The notes below the pieces were generated by a model. The model was not told where the DNA came from. It ran no database searches and was given only the letters and a program-made list of their open reading frames with translations. A stretch of DNA of 63,915 nucleotides, the filler included, from Thermoplasmatota archaeon (GTDB lineage Archaea; Thermoplasmatota; E2; JACPAO01; JAHFTW01): assembly GCA_041623215.1 (NCBI GenBank). It is 15 parts of 15 records of this genome, joined end to end, with 100 filler letters (N's around TTAATTAATTAA, not from the genome) between each part and the next. Parts side by side here need not be neighbours in the genome. Positions count along the whole stretch, not along the records: positions 48,857 to 52,936 come from JBFJXH010000158.1; positions 53,037 to 57,096 come from JBFJXH010000159.1; positions 57,197 to 61,246 come from JBFJXH010000160.1; 12 more parts are not named here. One strand, given 5' to 3'. A program made the position numbers and the translations under genes. Below, one piece after another: positions 49,548-61,346 of the stretch; positions within the stretch are counted from its first letter, which is position 1, and each line of letters begins with the position of its first letter.

Positions 49548-51158
49548 GTGCCCGAATCAACAAGGAGACGGCAAAGTGGGCCTCTTGTGTTACCCTTGTA
49601 CCCGGCTTTGCTGTTGGTTGGCTTGTTGGCACCCGTTGGTTTGTACAACGCCAACGAAGTGCCCCCCGGCCACATGGTGCTGGTCTTCACTGTCGTCGTG
49701 GCGGCGGCCCTTGGACTAACGTGGCTCCTGGTGCGACTCTTGCCCGATGGCCACCGGGCGGGCTTACTTGCCACCGCCATACTTGTGGCAGGCTTCTCGC
49801 ACGGCATCCGGCACGCTACTGTGCCGGTGCCCGTGTCCGCCGCACTGCACCGCTTGGCGTGGCAGCTGACGGGCGGTCGTGTGCCAGACACGTTTGATGC
49901 AGGTGCGTGGCTGGTAATTGTGCCGGCGGCCGGCGTTCTGGCTGCCGTGGCCCTGCGAAGTCGCCGGGTACGTCCGGGTCTGACGCCAGCTCTCAACGTC
50001 GTGGCAGCCGCTTGGGTCGTGCTCGTTCTGGGGGGCTTGATTGCATCGGTTCCGACGATGGATCGCGCCGAGGTGACTGGGGCACCTGAATCGGATGTGC
50101 CCATGCTTGCCGCACCTGCTGGGGCGCCGGACATTTACTACATCATCCCTGACAGCTACCCGTCCCCGGAGTCAGCCGAGCGGATTCTCGGTTTCGTCGA
50201 CGAAGCGTTCCTGTCTGGGTTGGCCGAGCGTGGCTTTACAGTGGCTACAAACCACACGAGCAACTACGCACGCACGCAGGAATCGGTGCCGTCCACGCTC
50301 GCCATGGATTATTTGCCGGGGCCTGAAGCGGCTGCCTCATTCGTTGCGGCAGACCGCCTTCGCGATGCTGGCTATCGGGTCACCTACATCGATTCAGGGT
50401 ATGGCGAATTTCACAAACAATGGTCCAAGGATGAAGTAATGAGCTGTGGCCGGGCCGAGACCTTGGGCAGCCTCGTTCTGGACCTGACGCTACTGGACTT
50501 TCTGAACGGCCCCTGGCGTGCGTCCCGGCTGGAGGGCCTCGCTGCCTGTCAAGGCAACGCGGTGGCCACGGCCGGACTGCGCCCGGGACCCGACTTCGTC
50601 ATTGCGCACTTGGCGCTGCCGCATCCTCCCCTAGTCTTTGACGAGGAAGGCCACATTCCGGATGTGCAACGGTTGGTGCCGTGGAATTTCCTCTACGACG
50701 ACCCGGCCGCCTACGCTCGCCAGGTTCGCTATGTTAACGCCATGCTGTTGGAATCCATTGACGCGATTCAGGCGGGCGGCGGGCCGGAGCCAATCATCAT
50801 CATCCAAGCCGACCACGGTTCAAGCCATCTTCTTGACATGGAAGTGCCCCCGAAGGGCGTTGGTGGCTTGCCACTGCTACCGGCGTCCGACGCCATCTTG
50901 ACCAACCGTGAGAGGGCCGTCTGGGAGAGGGCCATCTGGGAGAGATTCAGCGTCTTTGCCGCAGCCTACACTCCCGGAACGGATGTGGCTTGGCAACTGC
51001 ACAACGATACCAACGTCAACTTGTTTCGTCACCTGTTCAATGGCTACTTTGGCACCGACTTGGATGTGCTGCCAGCCCAGCATTGGTATGGGTCGTACCA
51101 AGATTTGGCCAGGGTGGAGCGCGTCGAGACGTGGGTGGAAGCCGGTCGGCCGACGTAG
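49548..51158 (+). CDS. Membrane-anchored sulfatase/alkaline-phosphatase-superfamily protein
   Basis: About 5 N-terminal TMs, then DIYYIIPDSY, SNYARTQES, PHPP and IIIQADHG. Confidence 0.8.
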   Translation: MPESTRRRQSGPLVLPLYPALLLVGLLAPVGLYNANEVPPGHMVLVFTVVVAAALGLTWLLVRLLPDGHRAGLLATAILVAGFSHGIRHATVPVPVSAALHRLAWQLTGGRVPDTFDAGAWLVIVPAAGVLAAVALRSRRVRPGLTPALNVVAAAWVVLVLGGLIASVPTMDRAEVTGAPESDVPMLAAPAGAPDIYYIIPDSYPSPESAERILGFVDEAFLSGLAERGFTVATNHTSNYARTQESVPSTLAMDYLPGPEAAASFVAADRLRDAGYRVTYIDSGYGEFHKQWSKDEVMSCGRAETLGSLVLDLTLLDFLNGPWRASRLEGLAACQGNAVATAGLRPGPDFVIAHLALPHPPLVFDEEGHIPDVQRLVPWNFLYDDPAAYARQVRYVNAMLLESIDAIQAGGGPEPIIIIQADHGSSHLLDMEVPPKGVGGLPLLPASDAILTNRERAVWERAIWERFSVFAAAYTPGTDVAWQLHNDTNVNLFRHLFNGYFGTDLDVLPAQHWYGSYQDLARVERVETWVEAGRPT

Positions 51159-51170
51159 GGAGTCAATGGC

Positions 51171-52481
51171 TCAGTTTGCCCCCGCGTTGCGCGGCTCAAG
51201 GTCCCTTGAGTGTCGAACGCTGGCTAGCAGAATAAGGCCTGCGACGAGCAAGAAAGTGGTCGCTAGGTAGGCCGCGGCGGCACCGGCCAAGCCAAAGAGG
51301 GCGGCGGCCAGCAACGACCCGGTGAGACTGGCAAGCCCCAGCGCGGCATGGAAGTTCCCCACACCTTGGCCGCGTCCTGCCCTGTGGCACTTGGCCATCA
51401 GGCATGAGCCATTAACCTGCAGCAGGGCGAAGCTCACGCCCACTCCTGCGTGGAGTAGGAGGAGTGGCGCGTAGGACCAAGGCGTCCAAAACAAGATGAG
51501 CAAGGCCATGGCGGGAATCAAGGCAATGCGCATGGATGCCCCCAGGAGCGAGGCGCGCATCTCGCCTCGTTTGCTCCCGAAGGCGCCTGCCCACGGGTAA
51601 ACGGCGGGCGTGGCGAAGTTGCTTGGCGCCTGGGCCAGTAGCACGAGGCCCACGGAGAGGCCCAAGGAATCGACCAAGACGCCCGGATAGGAGCTGAAAA
51701 AGATGGTTGAGCCTGTAAATAATAGGAACAAGGCCGTCAGGAACACCAAGGGCCCGCCGTTTGCCAAGGTGACTCCTTGCAGCGTTGGACGATGCCGGAG
51801 GCGACCTGGAAACCACACCGGGCGCTCGAATCGGCGTTGCGCATTGCGTACAGCCTCAAGGCCGAAGCCGGCAGGGTGCCGGGGAATACTGCGCCCCGCG
51901 TGCGGTTCAACCGTTGCGCGCGCAACCGCAGCGGCTGCGAAGGTGCTGGCCGCCGCCAGCAAGAACACCCACCAGGGGGCAAGCACCGAGGTCAGCCCGG
52001 CTACCACGGCGACCAACACACCGGCCAAGTAGGCTCCCCCGGTCCGCCGCGCCATCTTGCCGGTTACGGTTCCCCATTGTTTCCCTGGAACGGACTCCAG
52101 CAGCAAAACGGATGCCGCAGGGGCTGTTGCCACGCCAAAAGCCGTGTACGCCGCGGCGGCCACCAGAAACAGAGCAAACGGTATGGGTGCGGCCATGGCA
52201 GCCATGGCCAAGCCGCTCGTGGCAAAGCCAAACATGGCCAAGCGCCGGCGCCCTTCGCCCTTTCTTCGCTCCATGAGCCCGCCCCAGAGGAAACTGGCCG
52301 GAACTGTGACCAGGTTCATGGCGGCTGCCGTGGCCGGAACGGTCCACAACGGCAAGTCGTAGATGAGGATGGGAATCAAGGGCACCAAGGCATGGCTAAC
52401 CCCGTCACCAAAGCGAAACAACACGTAGGCCCAACTCCACGATGGCAAGCGCACGAGCGTCGGCACGCGGCCCCGCCTCAT
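51171..52481 (-). CDS. MFS transporter
   Basis: 12 hydrophobic segments in 6+6 layout; WGGLMER...GRR loop. Confidence 0.85.
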   Translation of the reverse strand: MRRGRVPTLVRLPSWSWAYVLFRFGDGVSHALVPLIPILIYDLPLWTVPATAAAMNLVTVPASFLWGGLMERRKGEGRRRLAMFGFATSGLAMAAMAAPIPFALFLVAAAAYTAFGVATAPAASVLLLESVPGKQWGTVTGKMARRTGGAYLAGVLVAVVAGLTSVLAPWWVFLLAAASTFAAAAVARATVEPHAGRSIPRHPAGFGLEAVRNAQRRFERPVWFPGRLRHRPTLQGVTLANGGPLVFLTALFLLFTGSTIFFSSYPGVLVDSLGLSVGLVLLAQAPSNFATPAVYPWAGAFGSKRGEMRASLLGASMRIALIPAMALLILFWTPWSYAPLLLLHAGVGVSFALLQVNGSCLMAKCHRAGRGQGVGNFHAALGLASLTGSLLAAALFGLAGAAAAYLATTFLLVAGLILLASVRHSRDLEPRNAGAN

Positions 52482-52562
52482 CAGGCCAACGGCAGGCAAC
52501 CCCCGCAAGGCGGCTCGACGGGGCGTGCATACGCCTAAGAGCCCACACGACCAAGCACCGGC

Positions 52563-52936
52563 GTGGACCTGTCCGATTACGAGACGCCCATTACCGTGCG
52601 CGAGGCAACGCCCGATGACCACGCCGCCATTATCGCGTTGCAACGGCGTTGCTTCCCGGGCATGAAGACGTGGACCTTGGAGCAGTTGGCCGAGCACCAC
52701 CGCCTGTTTCCCCGAGGGCAGTTCGTAGTTGAGGTCGAGGGGGAGATTGCTGGCTCGTGCAGCAGCTTGCTGTTGGATTTCGACGACCACCCGGACTACC
52801 ACACCTTCGACCAGATTACTGGCGACGGTAGCCTGTCCACGCACGACCCCGATGGCCCTGACCTGTACGGCATCGAGGTCATGGTGGACCCCGACCAACG
52901 CGGCATGCGGCTAGGAGAACGGCTCTACCAGGCACG
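52563..52936 (+). CDS. GNAT acetyltransferase domain (type often fused to a carbon-nitrogen hydrolase), 3'-truncated
   Basis: FPRGQFVVE, THDPDGPDLYGIEVMVDPDQRGMRLG. Confidence 0.82.
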
Positions 52937-53036
52937 NNNNNNNNNNNNNNNNNNNNNNNNNNNNNNNNNNNNNNNNNNNNTTAATTAATTAANNNNNNNN
53001 NNNNNNNNNNNNNNNNNNNNNNNNNNNNNNNNNNNN

Positions 53037-55735
53037 AGGCGGCATCGGACCCACATGGGTTCAGGGTCGTCCGGGTCTTGGTGGTGGCTGCCAGCCGCTA
53101 GTTCATCGGTCGTGAAGCGGGCGGCTGCATCCCCGGGGCGGAGGAACAGGAACGCTTCCCATTCGTCCACGTCATAGGGTCCGCCGGGCAAGTCGCGTGC
53201 CGGCACCCGCGCCTCCAGGCCATTGGCCAGGCGCACCCACAACCCAGCGGGCGTGATGCCGGTTACCCGAGCCGCCGATGGATGGTCCACCGCCTCGGAC
53301 AGGTTGGCCTCGCTCGACGAAGGCGTGACAGATTCAGGTTGGACTCCGGCCGCCGGGGCATCCAAATCGTACAAGCTCGCCAAGACAAGGCACCCGCCAC
53401 GCACCGTGCGCTCAAGGTCTGCTGCCGCCCGCTCCTGGTCGCTGCAATGGTCGCAAAGTGCCTCAAGTCGTTCGAAGGTGTGGGGTGGCTCGGGTGTTGG
53501 ACGGCCTTCAATGAGCCACTTCAAGTTGCGGTGGACCACAAGGTCCGGATAGCGGCGGATGGGACTGGTGAAGTGGCAATAATACGTCAAGCCGAGGCCA
53601 AAGTGGCCCGCGTTGCCGGGTGCATAGTATGCTCTTGGCATGGCTTGCAGGACCTTCAGTGTGGCCACTTCGGCACGGTTTCGATCTTGATGCTTGGCAA
53701 TGGCGTCAATGGCGTTACGAAAAGGCGCCAACCAGGCATCTTGCCCGGTGGCATCGAGGGCGGCAAACCCTGTCGGCTGACGCGGGTCGATAGCAGCCTT
53801 GGGGCTCGGCACCTCGGGCTCGGATTCGGCGGCGGGAGCGGATGCCTTGAAGCCAAGGCCGCCGCCAAACAGTTGCATCTTTCCGCCACCGGACCTCAGT
53901 TGCTCAAGCAGGTCGTCAGCGCTGCCGGCTCCGGGGTCAGTGGCGCCGGCACCCATGCCGTCGGGCAGCGGGGCTTTGCTGAGGTCGAGGTTCACATCGA
54001 GGCCCAAGACCGGTAACTGGTGGGCCAAACGCTGGGCCCGGTCCGTAGCGGGCAAATCGTGGCATCGAAACAGCACCGGCACCTCTTGACCATCTAGGTG
54101 AGCGGCGACCGCCTCGTTGGCTGCGACCATCAGCGTCTCGATGAGCTGGGTAGCCTCGGTGGCTCGTTTTTCCACGACGTTGAATCCGTCGGTTTGCAAG
54201 GAAATGCGGGTCTCGCCGGTATCTAGGTTCAAGCCCCGGCGCTGCTGGCGAATGGCGTTGGCTACGGCCAGCAATCCTGCAAAAGGTTGGTCGCCTGCCT
54301 TGGCGCGCGCTAGGGCAACATCGTAAGTGAGGTTCTCGGCCACCCGAATCAAGCTTTTTTGGAAGGCCCCTGCCGTAATCGTGCCATCGGGGTCCACGTC
54401 AAGGGCCACGCTCAACGCGTAGCGGTCGCCGTCATCTCGAAGGCTGCACAAGTGGTCGCTGATGCGGGCCGGGAGCATGGGCAATACGCGGCCAGGAAGA
54501 TACACGCTGGTTGCCCGCTTTTTCGCATGACGGTCCAGGAGCGTGTCCTGTTGCACATAGTGGCTAACATCGGCAATGTGGACCCACACGCGGTGTCCGG
54601 GGCGTCCATCCGGCCGAGCCTCCAGACCGACTGCATCGTCGAAATCCCGGGCATCCGGCGGGTCGATGGTGAAGCATGCATGGGTGCGCATATCGACCCG
54701 GTCTGGCTCCCCTTCGACCGATGGCTCCGGCAATGCCTCCGCCGCCGCTTCAGCGTCCCCGTCGGCCACGTGTTCAAAGAATGCCTCCTGGTTTACGTGA
54801 CGTTTGGTGAGGCTCGCGACGGCATCCTCGGCACTCCACGCACCAATTTCCAACAAGAATTGGACGTAGTCGCTACTGCGATTGGTTGGTGCGCCACGAA
54901 TCCAGTCGGCGGCCAGAAATCCAAGCTGGCGGTGCAGGTCCATCCCAAAGGCTGCTACCGCGCCGAGGCCACCAATGCCGGCAACGGGTTGCCCGTCGGG
55001 GACACCGTCCCACTCCACCCACTGTTGCATGGCGTCACGGACCCATGCTAGCGTTTCACGGTGCGCCGCCATGGAAGCGTCATCTGGGCTGAGGCGACGA
55101 AAAACGCGCTGACCGTCAGCGTCTTCCTCGGCCACAATGAGGTCCCGCCGGAGGGATCCCAGGCGGTTCCAGGCATCCCGCATGAGGTCCACCTGATGCG
55201 CCGTCCAAGGGACCCATCGGTCGCCCTTTGTCCCTTGCTCGAAGCGACCCACACCGGGGCGCCGGCACCGGGCCAGGGCATCGTGGATGTCGCGCATCTG
55301 TTGCCGGCTTGGCTCGCTGCCATAGTGTTCGTGGGCCAGATCCTCCTCCCGCCACTCCTGGCCGGGGGCAGCTTGCTCAGACGGGTCGGCGCGGGGAGGT
55401 CGGGCGTCCGTTGCCGTGTCCCAAAGGGCCGCTTCAAGCGCCCCCAGGTCATCTTCGGCTTCCTCCGCTAGGGAGCCGCTCTGGTGTTGCGCCAGCAGGT
55501 GCCGGAGGCGTGCCATCGCGTCTTGCTCGTCGTTGAGGTCGCCGTGGTAACGGTCGCGAAAGGCACGCTTTGTCAGGTGATCGGCCTTCAGGTCCCGGTT
55601 GCCCTTGACCGTGACGACAGACACCCACGGCGTCCCCTTGACGCGGTAGCGTTTGACCAGAATTGCCAGGTTGGATGGGGCATCAATGCCATGCAGCCCC
55701 GACTTGAACTCAACGACATCACCTGGCTTGGCCAC
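53037..55735 (-). CDS. RNB-domain exoribonuclease (RNase R/II family), 3'-truncated
   Basis: TIDPPDARDFDDA, VHIADVS, SVYLP, MVAANEAVA and HFTSPIRRYPDLVVHR, followed by an S1-like region. Confidence 0.92.
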
Positions 55736-55784
55736 GAGGCCTGGCAGGCAGCGGGGCTTTGAAGCCCGTTGGCTTGGCACCTGC

Positions 55785-56567
55785 GTGAGTGGCCCCGAAA
55801 GTGGTGCGGCAACCGCGATTATCTCGAAGGCTGAACCCGCCACGGAACTGGATGGCGTCGTCGGGCCGGTTACCCGCATCCCGGCTGCCGCGCTGCGACC
55901 GACACTAGTGATTGTGGCGGGTGAGGACCCGCGTGAACTGGAAGAGGCGCTGGAGGCAGCGCAATTGTCGTTGCACGCGTGGCAACCCTACCGCTGCTAC
56001 CAGGCCTGGAGTGACGATGACGTTACGGTGGTGTGGACAGGTCCTGGAAGCGCCTGCCTCGAACCGCTTTTGTGGGAGTGCATTGGCCATGCCCGTGACG
56101 ATTTGGAGTCGCCCGTGGAGCGGGCGCTTCTGATTGGCACCGCCGGGACTTTGCCGGGCCTGCCCGTGCCCCTGGAAGGCCCAAAGGCGTACTGGATCCA
56201 CATCGCGCGGCCCGTTTGGCAACTGTTGGACGATGCCAAAGACACCCTGTTGCCGCGCTGGCCAGCCAAGGCGCCCCTGCCGACCGCCATGGCACTGTCC
56301 ACCGACCGTTTCTACGGGTTCAGCCCGGCGGGCCAGGATGTGGATGGGGCCATCGGACCAAGCTTGGCTGCGGCGTGGCGCCTGCACAAGGAACACCCTG
56401 CCCTGGTGGACATGGAAACGGCGGCCTTTTTCCACTTCTGCAGTCGCTTCCAGATTCCGTGGTTTGGAGCCATTCGTGCCCCTGCCAATACCCTCACCGA
56501 TTTGGATGGGATGCCTGAGCGCAGTGGCGAGGCGCTCCGGGTGGCGATTGGGGCCGCGCTTGGATAG
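55785..56567 (+). CDS. Nucleoside phosphorylase-like (PNP/UDP fold) protein, divergent
   Basis: TGPGSA, LIGTAG, STDRFY and VDMETAA. Confidence 0.6.
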   Translation: MSGPESGAATAIISKAEPATELDGVVGPVTRIPAAALRPTLVIVAGEDPRELEEALEAAQLSLHAWQPYRCYQAWSDDDVTVVWTGPGSACLEPLLWECIGHARDDLESPVERALLIGTAGTLPGLPVPLEGPKAYWIHIARPVWQLLDDAKDTLLPRWPAKAPLPTAMALSTDRFYGFSPAGQDVDGAIGPSLAAAWRLHKEHPALVDMETAAFFHFCSRFQIPWFGAIRAPANTLTDLDGMPERSGEALRVAIGAALG

Positions 56568-56617
56568 GTCGCGATGGGCGTCTGCGGCCCGCGGCAGTCG
56601 GTTGGGGGTGCCATCTG

Positions 56618-57096
56618 CTAGGGCAAGCCACGAGCTAGGTCCAGGAGAGCCGCGTGCGGGTCCGCGGCCTTGACGACGCCGCTTGCGAGCAGTACACCGT
56701 GGGCGCCCAATTCGATGGCCGTTGACACGTCGATGCCGGTTTTGACGCCGGCTCCGCACAACGTCAGGGTTGCCGGGCTTAGTTGCTGGACGGCCGCAAC
56801 AGCATCGCTCACGATGGCCGGATCTGCCTTGGTGACGGAAACGTCGCCGCCAATCAGGGCGGGTGGCTCGACTGCCAAGTAGGTGGGCACCAGCGGCGCC
56901 AACGCGCGCGTTTCCGGCATGCCGTCGGCGCAAACGAGACTCTGCAAACCGGCCTTGTGCACGCGCGCCAAGGTCTCGGCCGCCAAGTCATGGTCAATCT
57001 TGTGCTCGGCATGATTCAGGATGGTGCCCTGGGCGCCGGCCGCAGCGATGGCCTCGACTGTAACGTGGCCGGTGCCAGCTCCCGGTTCCAGGCGAT
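56618..57096 (-). CDS. tpiA: Triosephosphate isomerase (archaeal type), 5'-truncated
   Basis: GTILNHAEH, AVEPPALIG, LCGAGV and GVLLASGVVKA. Confidence 0.93.
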
Positions 57097-57219
57097 NNNN
57101 NNNNNNNNNNNNNNNNNNNNNNNNNNNNNNNNNNNNNNNNTTAATTAATTAANNNNNNNNNNNNNNNNNNNNNNNNNNNNNNNNNNNNNNNNNNNNCGGA
57201 CCGCTTACAGGTGTCCACA

Positions 57220-60200
57220 ATGAAGTCCATCATGCCTCCGTCGCGCACTCCCAAATTGGGGAATCGTCTCGCCCGTACTGGCGTCGTCGCCATGCTCCTG
57301 CTGGCCCAATTTGCCGTCCTCATGGCAGGGGCCCCTGCCGCCTCTGCGGCACATGGCGTGAATGACCTCGTTTCCTCTGGGCCGGACCCTGGAAACGTGG
57401 CAAGCGGCGTGCCGAATCGCATGGTCAATGTTACCATCACGAATCCCCCAGAGCCCAACGTTATTGCAGGCGTCAACGACCAAAACAAGATTTCAAAAAT
57501 TGAGATCACCGAATCAAGCGGCCTGCTCGACTTTTCGGCCAGCGGCCATGACTCTGGAGGCCAGGGATCAGTCACCAAATCGGGCAACAAGGTTACCTGG
57601 ACCGGCACCTCGTTGGACGCGGGCGACTCAGTTTCCATTACCTTCCGCGTGGATGTCGCTGATGACGCCCAAGGTTCCGTTTCCTTCGCCGTAACGGCCA
57701 CCGAGATTGACACTTCGCCGGCAGGCAACCCGGGGACTAGCACAGATTCGTTCAGCCTAACGGTCGCGGACATCCAAGAACCGGTCCTGACAGCCGCCCA
57801 GACGGCGGACACGGATGATAACGGGAAGCTCGACCGCATCACGCTCACCTGGGATGAAGACATGGGCGGCTCCATCACGGCCGGCCAATGGTCCGTAACA
57901 GACGGCGCCACCAGCTACACCGTCACGGGCGGCAGCATCGACAGCGCCGATGGCACCCTGGTTCATCTGGATCTGACGGAAATCGGCACGCTAGACGGCG
58001 ATGCCGAACCTACGGTTACCTACGCTACGGGGGGAACGTTGACGGACGCCAATGGCGTTGCAGCGCCCTCGGTGAACACGGCAGCAGTGGACGCCATTGC
58101 CCCCGTCATCTTATCGGCCACGACAGTCGGCGACGGCTTCGGCGGCATCGACCAAGTCAACATGACCTGGAGCGAGCCGATCAACACGGCAAGCTTTGCG
58201 TCGGGCGACTTCAACGTCGGCGGCTCACCCGCCACGGGCGGCTCTTGCTCCACGAGCACGACTTGTGACCTGACGTTCACCAGCATCGGCGGCACCGGCA
58301 ACACACCCGTCATTGTCTATCTCGGCAACACCTTGGAGGACGCCAACGGAGTTCCCTTCAACGACGTAATCGAGCCCACCACCGACGGCGCGGCCCCGGT
58401 CCTCGCGGCCATCGCCACAGACGACGTTTCCGGTGATGGTCAAATTGACCGCTTGTACCTGACCTTCAGTGAGGCCATGGCGGCAACCAGCACCGCCGGC
58501 GACTGGAACCTCACCGGCGGCTACGTCGCCAGCGGCCAAGCCGTCGTAGCCAGCACGATTCAACTGACGCTCGTTGAGAGCGGAACCCCCGACACCGGGG
58601 CTTTGCCCGGCATGGCCTTTGAAGGCGCATTCGGAACGGTCACGGACGCCAGCCCCGCCACTAACGCCTGGAGCGGCACCCACAGCGTTGCCACCGACGA
58701 CGGCGCCGCCCCCGTGCTCGTCTCTGTCGAAGGCGGCATCGGAGGCGATGAAGCCAGCCTGACCTTCAGTGAGGGCGTGCGCGGTTCTGGAACCGGCGGC
58801 GTTCTCATTGCCAGCGACTTCACCTACGGCAACGTCGCCAGCGGCGGTGCCACTGGCATCAGCAGCATCACGCACACGGCCGATGCGGCCCACGCTGACG
58901 CTACGCTTTCCGGCGCCGACATTCAAGCCTCCGACATCGGTAATGACACCGTTGCTCCGAAGACCACCGTCACGGACAGCTCTGGCAACACGGCAGTTAC
59001 CACGGCAGCAACACTAGGCCATGGCCCCATCACAATTCGCTCCGTGGCCGGCAACGTGGGCGACGACCAACTCACGGTTTCCTTTAGCCGCGCCGTCGAG
59101 GCGGGTGACGGCACGTCGTTGACCAAGACCAACTTCACCGTCACGGGCGGCAGCTGCGGCTGCACCATTGATTCGGTGCACCACACGGGATCCACGGTGA
59201 AACTGAACCTCAGCAAGGCGATGACGTTCGCCGACATTGGGGCCGTCAGCGTCACCGTGCTACCTGACGAGGTGTACGACGCCGGCAACGGCGCCGCTGT
59301 GCCTTCGCAAAGCCGCATCGTCGAGGACTTGACAGGGCCCACGATTCTGAGCGTCACAACCTGGGATGGCACGTCCAATGGACGGGTGGACCAACTCAAC
59401 ATCACCTTCAACGAAGCGATTGACGGTGCCAGCGTCGATGCAAGCGACTTCGCCAACACGACTGGCGACTACACGTTCTCCACGGCGACAACGTCGGACA
59501 AGACGGTGTACCTGGGCGTCAACGAAATTGCCTCCGGAGTGGACTCCAACAAGACCATCGACATTGTGGTGGTTGGCGCCATCTTGGACCTGTTTGGTAA
59601 CAACGTAACCGGTGTCGTTCCGGCGACGACCGATGGCGCGCCGGGCGCCCTAGCCACGGCCACGAGCCTGGACCGCGACGGCAACGGCCGCATTGACGCC
59701 TACCGCGTGGCCTTCAGCGAGGCCATTGACAAAACCACCATTGACGGCACGACATGGACCGTCGAAGGCGGCGCTCGCACCGTGGAGAAGTTGCAAGAAT
59801 CTGGCTGCTCGGCCTCCGCCGACAACGAGCTGATGGTGTGCTTCACCGAAGCCGCCGGATTCGACACGGACGCATTGCCAACCCTTGCCTACGACGGTGG
59901 CGCCAGCCCCATCACGGACGCAACGGGCATTCCCTTCGCGCCTGCCTCCCCCGGCAGTTACCTGCGCGGCACCACGCCCTTGCTCGTTCGCTTTGAAGGC
60001 GAACTGGGGGCCTCCACGGCCGTCCTGACGTTCAGTGAGCCAGTCACGCCCTCCGCAGGAACCTGGGTGGCCGGCACGAACTTCCAATTCACAAGCACGC
60101 AGCCCGGCAACGGCGCTACCGCCATTACCGGCATGCACGGCAGCAATCCGGTCCAGACGCAGACCGTGGGTGTCAGCCTAGCCGGCACCATCAACAGCGA

Positions 60201-61246
60201 CGATTACGGCACCGACCTGGTGCGCGTCCTGGGCACCTCTGTGAAGGCAGTGGCCGGTACCGACCGCGCCGTCCAGAGCACCTTCCGCGGCCTGTCGGAA
60301 ACGGCGGCCGATGCCCTTTCTGCGGCCACGACTCGCGATGCCGACGGCAATGGATCCGTGGACCAATTGCGCCTGCAATTCCACGCCAGCCTAGATGACA
60401 CGACCGTCAATTACACGTACTTCTCGACGGGCGCCGGCAGCATCGATGCCGAGGCAAGCGCGGCAGCCAACTCGGCGGCCGCCAACGACACCGTCCTTGT
60501 GCTCGTCCTCGACACTGAGTTGGCGGGCGAGACCACTCCCTGGGTCCGCATGCACACGGGTGGCCTTCGAAACCAAACCGGTGGCCTAGTGCCGCTCTTC
60601 AACAAGACCACCACGGACGGTGTGCTTCCCATTGTGACCGACCTTGTCACCATGGATGCAGACCTTGATGGCCGCATCGACAACGTGACCCTGACCATGA
60701 GCGAACCGGTTCAAGCCAGCACGCTGGATGCCAGCGAATGGTCGGTGGCTGGCTACGACGCGCCATTCGCGATTAGCAACGACACGGCGCGCACGACGCT
60801 GACTCTGTCTTTCAACGAAACCGGCTTCGACACGGGTGCCACGCCCATTGTTACCTACGACGGCACGGGCGTCCGCGACGACGCCGGCAACATCGTGACC
60901 GACTTGAACCGCAGTGCATCCGACGCAGCCGCGCCTGTTCTGGTTGCAGCCCTGACGGCGGACCTTGGTGGCACCTGGGGCCAAATCGACAACATCTCTC
61001 TCGTCTTCTCGGAACCGGTGAACACCACGTCCTTCATCCCAAGCGAATTCGACGTCACTGAAGGCTTGCACGATTACGGAGAAATTGGCTCCTCGGGCCG
61101 CGGCTGCGACGCGGCCGGGCTAAACTGCTCGACCGTTCACCTGAACCTGACCGAGGCCGGCAGTTTCGACACCGGGGCAAAGCCCGGCATTGACTACGGC
61201 AACGCCACTCTGACCGATGCAGTTGGCCTAACGCTCGTGCCTGGCA
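57220..61246 (+). CDS. Very large secreted surface protein with tandem ~100-aa Ig-like repeats, 3'-truncated
   Basis: Signal peptide (..PAASA); Thr/Asp/Gly-rich; at least 11 repeats of APV...(DxDxNG)xID...LTFSE. Confidence 0.85.
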
Positions 61247-61346
61247 NNNNNNNNNNNNNNNNNNNNNNNNNNNNNNNNNNNNNNNNNNNNTTAATTAATT
61301 AANNNNNNNNNNNNNNNNNNNNNNNNNNNNNNNNNNNNNNNNNNNN

